From the NCBI GenBank assembly GCA_054661495.1, contig BAAFSQ010000269.1:1-13585 (forward strand): a stretch of DNA of 13,585 bases, read 5' to 3'. The notes beneath the pieces were generated by a model. It was given only the letters and a program-made list of their open reading frames with translations, was not told where the DNA came from and did no database searches. Positions 8,898 to 13,585 of this stretch are shown piece by piece. Every line of letters starts with the position of its first letter. Position 1 is the stretch's first letter. Both the position numbers and the translations under genes were made by a program. This DNA comes from Zygophlyctis sp. KS116 (Eukaryota; Fungi; Chytridiomycota).

Positions 8898-8982
8898 GTT
8901 TCTAGGACTCTAGCATAGGTTTGGCGGTCATCATGGTTCTTACCTAGTGTCTTATTACAATTATTATCAGATTGAATAAAGT

Positions 8983-11159
8983 ATGAAATTCGGAAAGAAA
9001 CTCATCGCCGCCAGAAAGCCTGAATGGAGTTTATTCTACTTGTACTTTTCAAACTAATTTAATAGAGACTATGATGAAGCCAAGAGAATGATAAAGACGG
9101 GAACGGAAGCCACTGGAATGTTTTCTGAAAAGGATGAAGCGGATTTTATTCTTTTTCTTGGCCATGAATTGGAAAAAGTAATTTCTAGACTTTTTTTAAA
9201 ATGGTAGGTGGCTAGTTTTCAGTCGGCTAGATCAAAGGAACTCATGCAAACAATTGAACAATGTGAAAAGGCAATGGCTAATTTGTTGAAAAGGCTGAAA
9301 AATGATTCTGATCAACGATTAGAGCTTTTGAAAAATGAAATGGCTAGGATCACAAAGGATATTACGGAATTGTCTCGGTATATGAGAATGAATTATTCTG
9401 GATTTATTAAAATTCTCAAAAAACATGATAAATATACTGCATTCAAGTCTAAACCAATGTTTATGGTTCAATTAGAATCTAAACCTTTTTATAAAGAAGA
9501 TTTTGATGCTCTTATTATAAGAATGTCGAATATTTATGAAATGGCTAGAACTGGTGGGAAAAAGGCTGCTGCTATCTCTGGATCTTCATCACAATCATTT
9601 ATAAGAAGAACTACAAAATATTGGGTTCATCCGGAAAATGTTACAGAAGTTAAATGTATTATTTTAAAATATTTACCGGTTTTGGTGTATACTTCAAAAG
9701 ATGGGAAGGATCCTGATCCGGCAATATCTTCAATTTATTTTGATAATGATTCTTTTGAATTATATCAAGGGAGATTAGAGAAATCTGAAGGAGCAGAGGT
9801 AATCAAATTCATGGTTTTAAGACTAGGCAATTAGATTAAGATGGTATGGAGATATGTCACAAACTGAAATTTTTGTTGAACGTAAAACTCATAGAGAAGA
9901 TTGGACTGGGGAGTCTTCTGTAAAGGCTAGATTTCCAATAAAGGAAAAATATGTTAATGGGTATCTAAAAGGGGCTTTTACAATGGAAAAGAGTATTGGA
10001 AAACTTCGTGATCGTCATATAAAGTCTGAAAAGGAATTGGAAGAGTTGGAAACGCTTTCTAAAGATGTTCAGCAGACAATATTAGATAAAAAGTTACATC
10101 CAATAGTTCGCACATTTTATAACAGAACTGCTTTTCAGCTTCCAGGTGATGCTAGAGTACGGATATCTTTGGATACAGATCTTACAATGATTCGTGAAGA
10201 TAATGAACTTATTCCTCGTTCAGGGGATAATTGGCGTAGGATGGATGTTGGGACTAAGCCGCCTTTTCATATTGATACGGAAGATGTTTGCAATTTTCCT
10301 TATGCAATATTGGAAGTTAAGCTTCAGACTCAGCATGGAACGCAGTCTCCAGCATGGGTAGATGAATTGATCAATAGCCATTTGGTATACTTGAAACTTT
10401 TAAAAAAATAGGTTGAAGCAGTCCCAAAGTTTTCAAAGTTTATTCATGGTGTGGCAACCCTGCTGGATCATCGAGTTTCTTTGCTTCCATTTTGGTTACC
10501 TCAGATGGATAAAGATATTCGAAAGCCTCCTCTATCTGGATACACATCTCAAGTGTCTGGAGATGATATAATGACTGCTGAATCATCCAAAATGATACAG
10601 CAGGATCAGATTGAAATCAATGTTCCATCAGATGCCGAGCCTAATGTGGAAGGAGATGAAGAAACACAGCCTTTGCTGGGAAATTCAAACCAAAAGAAAT
10701 CATCTAAATCTATCCTAACAAAAATTTTCAAAGGATTTAACTCAAACAACAATTCAAACAATATATCGGGACCTGCATCTAACAAGCGTATTGTATTACC
10801 CGTGAGAGTGGAGCCAAAGGTATTTTTTGCAAATGAACGAACTTTTTTATCATGGCTACATTTTTGTATTGTTTTGGGTGGACTTGCTCTAGGACTTTTA
10901 AATTTCGGTGATCGGGTTGGTCAGATCTCTGGTATTATTTTCACTGTTGTGGCAATGATGTTTATTGTATATGCTCTTATGCTGTATCAGTGGCGCGCAC
11001 ACCAAATTCGAAATCGGCGTAATTTTTTTTAAACTGATTATAATAGATCCTGGACCTTATGATGACAGAGTTGGACCAACTGTACTTGTAACTGCCCTAT
11101 TTTTTGCTATACTGACAAACTTTTATTTAAAGTTTAATTCAAATGGCGGGGTATTTTGA
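8983..11159 (+). CDS. VTC4: Vacuolar transporter chaperone 4, polyphosphate polymerase (SPX-VTC-DUF202), 679 aa
   Basis: Introns 9042-9065, 9178-9207, 9799-9826, 10385-10411, 11019-11046. Motifs: [18 protein letters not shown] (SPX), [74 protein letters not shown]. Confidence 0.96.
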
Positions 11160-11228
11160 GTTTTCCGATTCAAAATCAAACATATTTCGGACATAAACAT
11201 AAATAAATTCCGTTCCGTAACTTGTGAT

Positions 11229-11809
11229 ATGAATACTTCCACAGCCCAAATCAAGACAAACTTTCGTCCAAAGTCCTCTGGAGAGGTTACTTCAGCAACT
11301 AAACGGTAAGTATTCAGCTCTAAATTCTAGGCTACAGAGTGAGCTTATGTCATTAATGGTAAGCGCAAAAGGCTAACTCTAGATGTCTGCAATCAAGGGA
11401 ATATCAGCTTTCCCAGAAGCTGACAATATGTTTAGCTGGATTGCGACCATCAATGGAGCCGAAGATACTCCGTATTCTGGTCTCAGCTATAAATTATCAA
11501 TGAAATTCAGTAGCTCTTATCCTTATACCGCTCCATCTGTGACTTTTATCACTGCATGCTTTCATCCAAATGTTGATTTGCAAGGCGGTACGATTTGTCT
11601 TGATATACTCAAAGAAAAATGGTCGGCCGTGTATAACGTTCAAACGATTTTACTATCTATTCAGTCATTATTAGGCGGTTAGTTTCAATCATCTTATATT
11701 AGAACCAAATAACAATAGCCCGTTGAATCCTCAAGCATCCCAACTATGGGATCATCAATCGGAATATAGAAAGAAAGTCATTCAAACCCATCCAGGAAAT
11801 GAAAATTGA
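11229..11809 (+). CDS. UBE2C: Ubiquitin-conjugating enzyme E2-C (UBE2C/Ubc11, APC/C E2), 168 aa
   Basis: Introns 11306-11330, 11359-11382, 11678-11702, with a 28-nt micro-exon at 11331-11358. Motifs: [59 protein letters not shown]. Confidence 0.93.
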
Positions 11810-11829
11810 TTATAAACTATCTATTTAAT

Positions 11830-13447
11830 TTAATTGTTTTTATGAGGTCCTTTTGGACGATTTTCAAGTAATGCATCATTACTAGACGACTGCTTATTCA
11901 AGTCTAAAAGTTCAATGTCGGCAGATTGAAAGCTTGTTTGTTGATCAGAAGTTATGGATGAATTTGATGACATACTTTGAGTGCTTAAAGATTGAATCTC
12001 TGGTCTGGCAAAAATTTCTACTAGAGAACGAGGAAGGCCAGTATGAGACTCTTGTGATCTGTTTGACTGACTTGTACGATCTACACTGAAACTTTTACCG
12101 TGAGTCTTGCTTTCCAAACTATTTAATGCGATTTCACGGAGTTTTGAAAGATCAATGTCACCGGTTTGCGAAACCATCATTGAAAATTTAGATTTAGGAT
12201 TCTCTAACAATGCGATCGGTGTATCGTACTCTACAACACGACCATGATCCATTACTAATATTTTATCCATGCGAACAATTAACCGGAATCTGTTAGCAAG
12301 TATAATAACAGTCCTATCCTGGAAATTTTCGCTAATAACTTGACGAATTAAATCGTCTGTTTCTGTATCTACAGCAATCGAAGGCTCTTTATATTACTTA
12401 AGACTAAATATTACCGTCAAAGACTACGATTTTGGTTTGGATTAGAACTGCACGGGCAATGCAAAATAGCTGTCTTTCCGCCAGAGAAAATGTCTTGCCA
12501 TTTTCAGATACTGGCGTCTCTAATTTTTCCGGCATTTCTTGGATTTTTTCCCCCAGATAGACTGACTTTAAAGCTTTCCAAATATCATCATCTGAATAAA
12601 TACAAAATGGGTCCAAGTTGGTTCTAATCGTACCAGAAAATAGAACAGGCTGTTGTGGAATAATCGCCAGTTTAGAGCGCAAAAGTCTCAAATCTACCGT
12701 ACTCGTATCTAATCCATCGATTAAAATTTCACCTTCACTAGGCTGGACCATTCGCAAAAGCGACACTGAGATATTAAATAAAAAAATATACTGAGCAGAG
12801 TGGTTTTTCCTGAGCCGCTGCGACCAACAATCGCAATTTTTTGGCCGTCTTCGATGTGAAATGAAACTGATTTCAATACAGCCACCCCGTACTGATGATA
12901 TCTAACTGTAATATTTTTAAATTCAATCTATTATTAGGATAGTTTTATCATACCTCTCCACTAACCGGCCATGATTTTTTTGGTGACACCTTTTCAGAAG
13001 AAACATACTAACAATAAAAATTCTAGAGACTTACCTCTTTTGGAATACTCTTTGAAAAATAAGCTACCGCAGAGACGCTATTCATGGATGAGTGAAGTTC
13101 TCCGACCATTCTGACCAACCACTGTACAAATAAAATCATTTGAACAGCATTTGCAACTGCTAGACCTGCCCAGCTTCCCGGAACACGGAATAAAACCACA
13201 AAAAGTGATGTAATATAAATAAAAATGCATGAGATAATATCTAAGTATAGAGCTAATAACGCCTTGACTGAGAATTAGATTTCGTTAAAATATCTACCTA
13301 GAAGCAAGGAGTAAAGCGCCTTATGATCAGCATCAATCAGCGTAATGTTATATGAATCAAAACGTTTTTGAACTCCATATAGGCGAAGCGAAAACAAGCC
13401 CTCTAAGGAAGTTGATAAGTGAGCAAATAGCGGAGATTTGTTGGATG
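11830..13447 (-). CDS. ABCC/MRP-family ABC transporter, 3' part (end of TMD2, NBD2, Ser-rich tail); 5' part not resolved in window
   Basis: Introns 13268-13297, 13008-13034, 12928-12953, 12766-12791, 12387-12414, and probably 13448-13475. Motifs: KSPLFAHLSTSLEGLFSLR, WPVSGEIEFKN, Walker A GRSGSGKTT, IIPQQPVLFSGTIRTNLDP, ENGKTFSLAERQLFCIARA, Walker B IVVFDE. Confidence 0.92.
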
Positions 13448-13585
13448 CTTTTTGCTTAAAAATAAACCTACTTACCTTCATACTGTTCAAGTGCTTCTTG
13501 ACTATATTCTGATGGTATCATGAGGATGTCATCCTCTGTTGACGTCATAATAAATAGAGATTCTTTATCTTCTGTTAGACATTTC

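Noticed and set aside
104-13490. Fragmented ORFs read as pseudogenes, an alternative genetic code or stop readthrough
   Set aside because: Every host-gene break is repaired exactly by a 24-31 nt GT-AG intron under the standard code. Only the Crypton break is not.

Overview
This is a very compact, AT-rich eukaryotic region, most likely from a zoosporic (chytrid-like) fungus, because it combines fungal-type VTC4 and Gbp2-like genes with a flagellar ARMC2 homolog. The ORF track is fragmented because every host gene is split by tiny GT-AG introns; I reconstructed 24 by hand, all 24-31 nt. Genes in order: acetyl-CoA hydrolase/CoA-transferase (+), STI1/HOP (-), a shortened ARMC2 (+), a Crypton-type tyrosine-recombinase element (-), uL2/RPL2 (+), a 3-RRM Gbp2/hnRNP M-like protein (-), VTC4 (+), UBE2C/Ubc11 (+) and the 3' part of an ABCC/MRP transporter (-). 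The main anomaly is the ~1.85 kb intronless, higher-GC element between ARMC2 and RPL2. It resembles stramenopile-type CryptonS, has an internal deletion/frameshift, is flanked by a perfect 16-bp inverted repeat and A-tract arrays, has a nested palindrome with recombinase-site geometry, and overlaps the ARMC2 stop codon. The ABCC NBD2 also has Asn in place of the H-switch His. All family calls come from motif recognition, not database searches.
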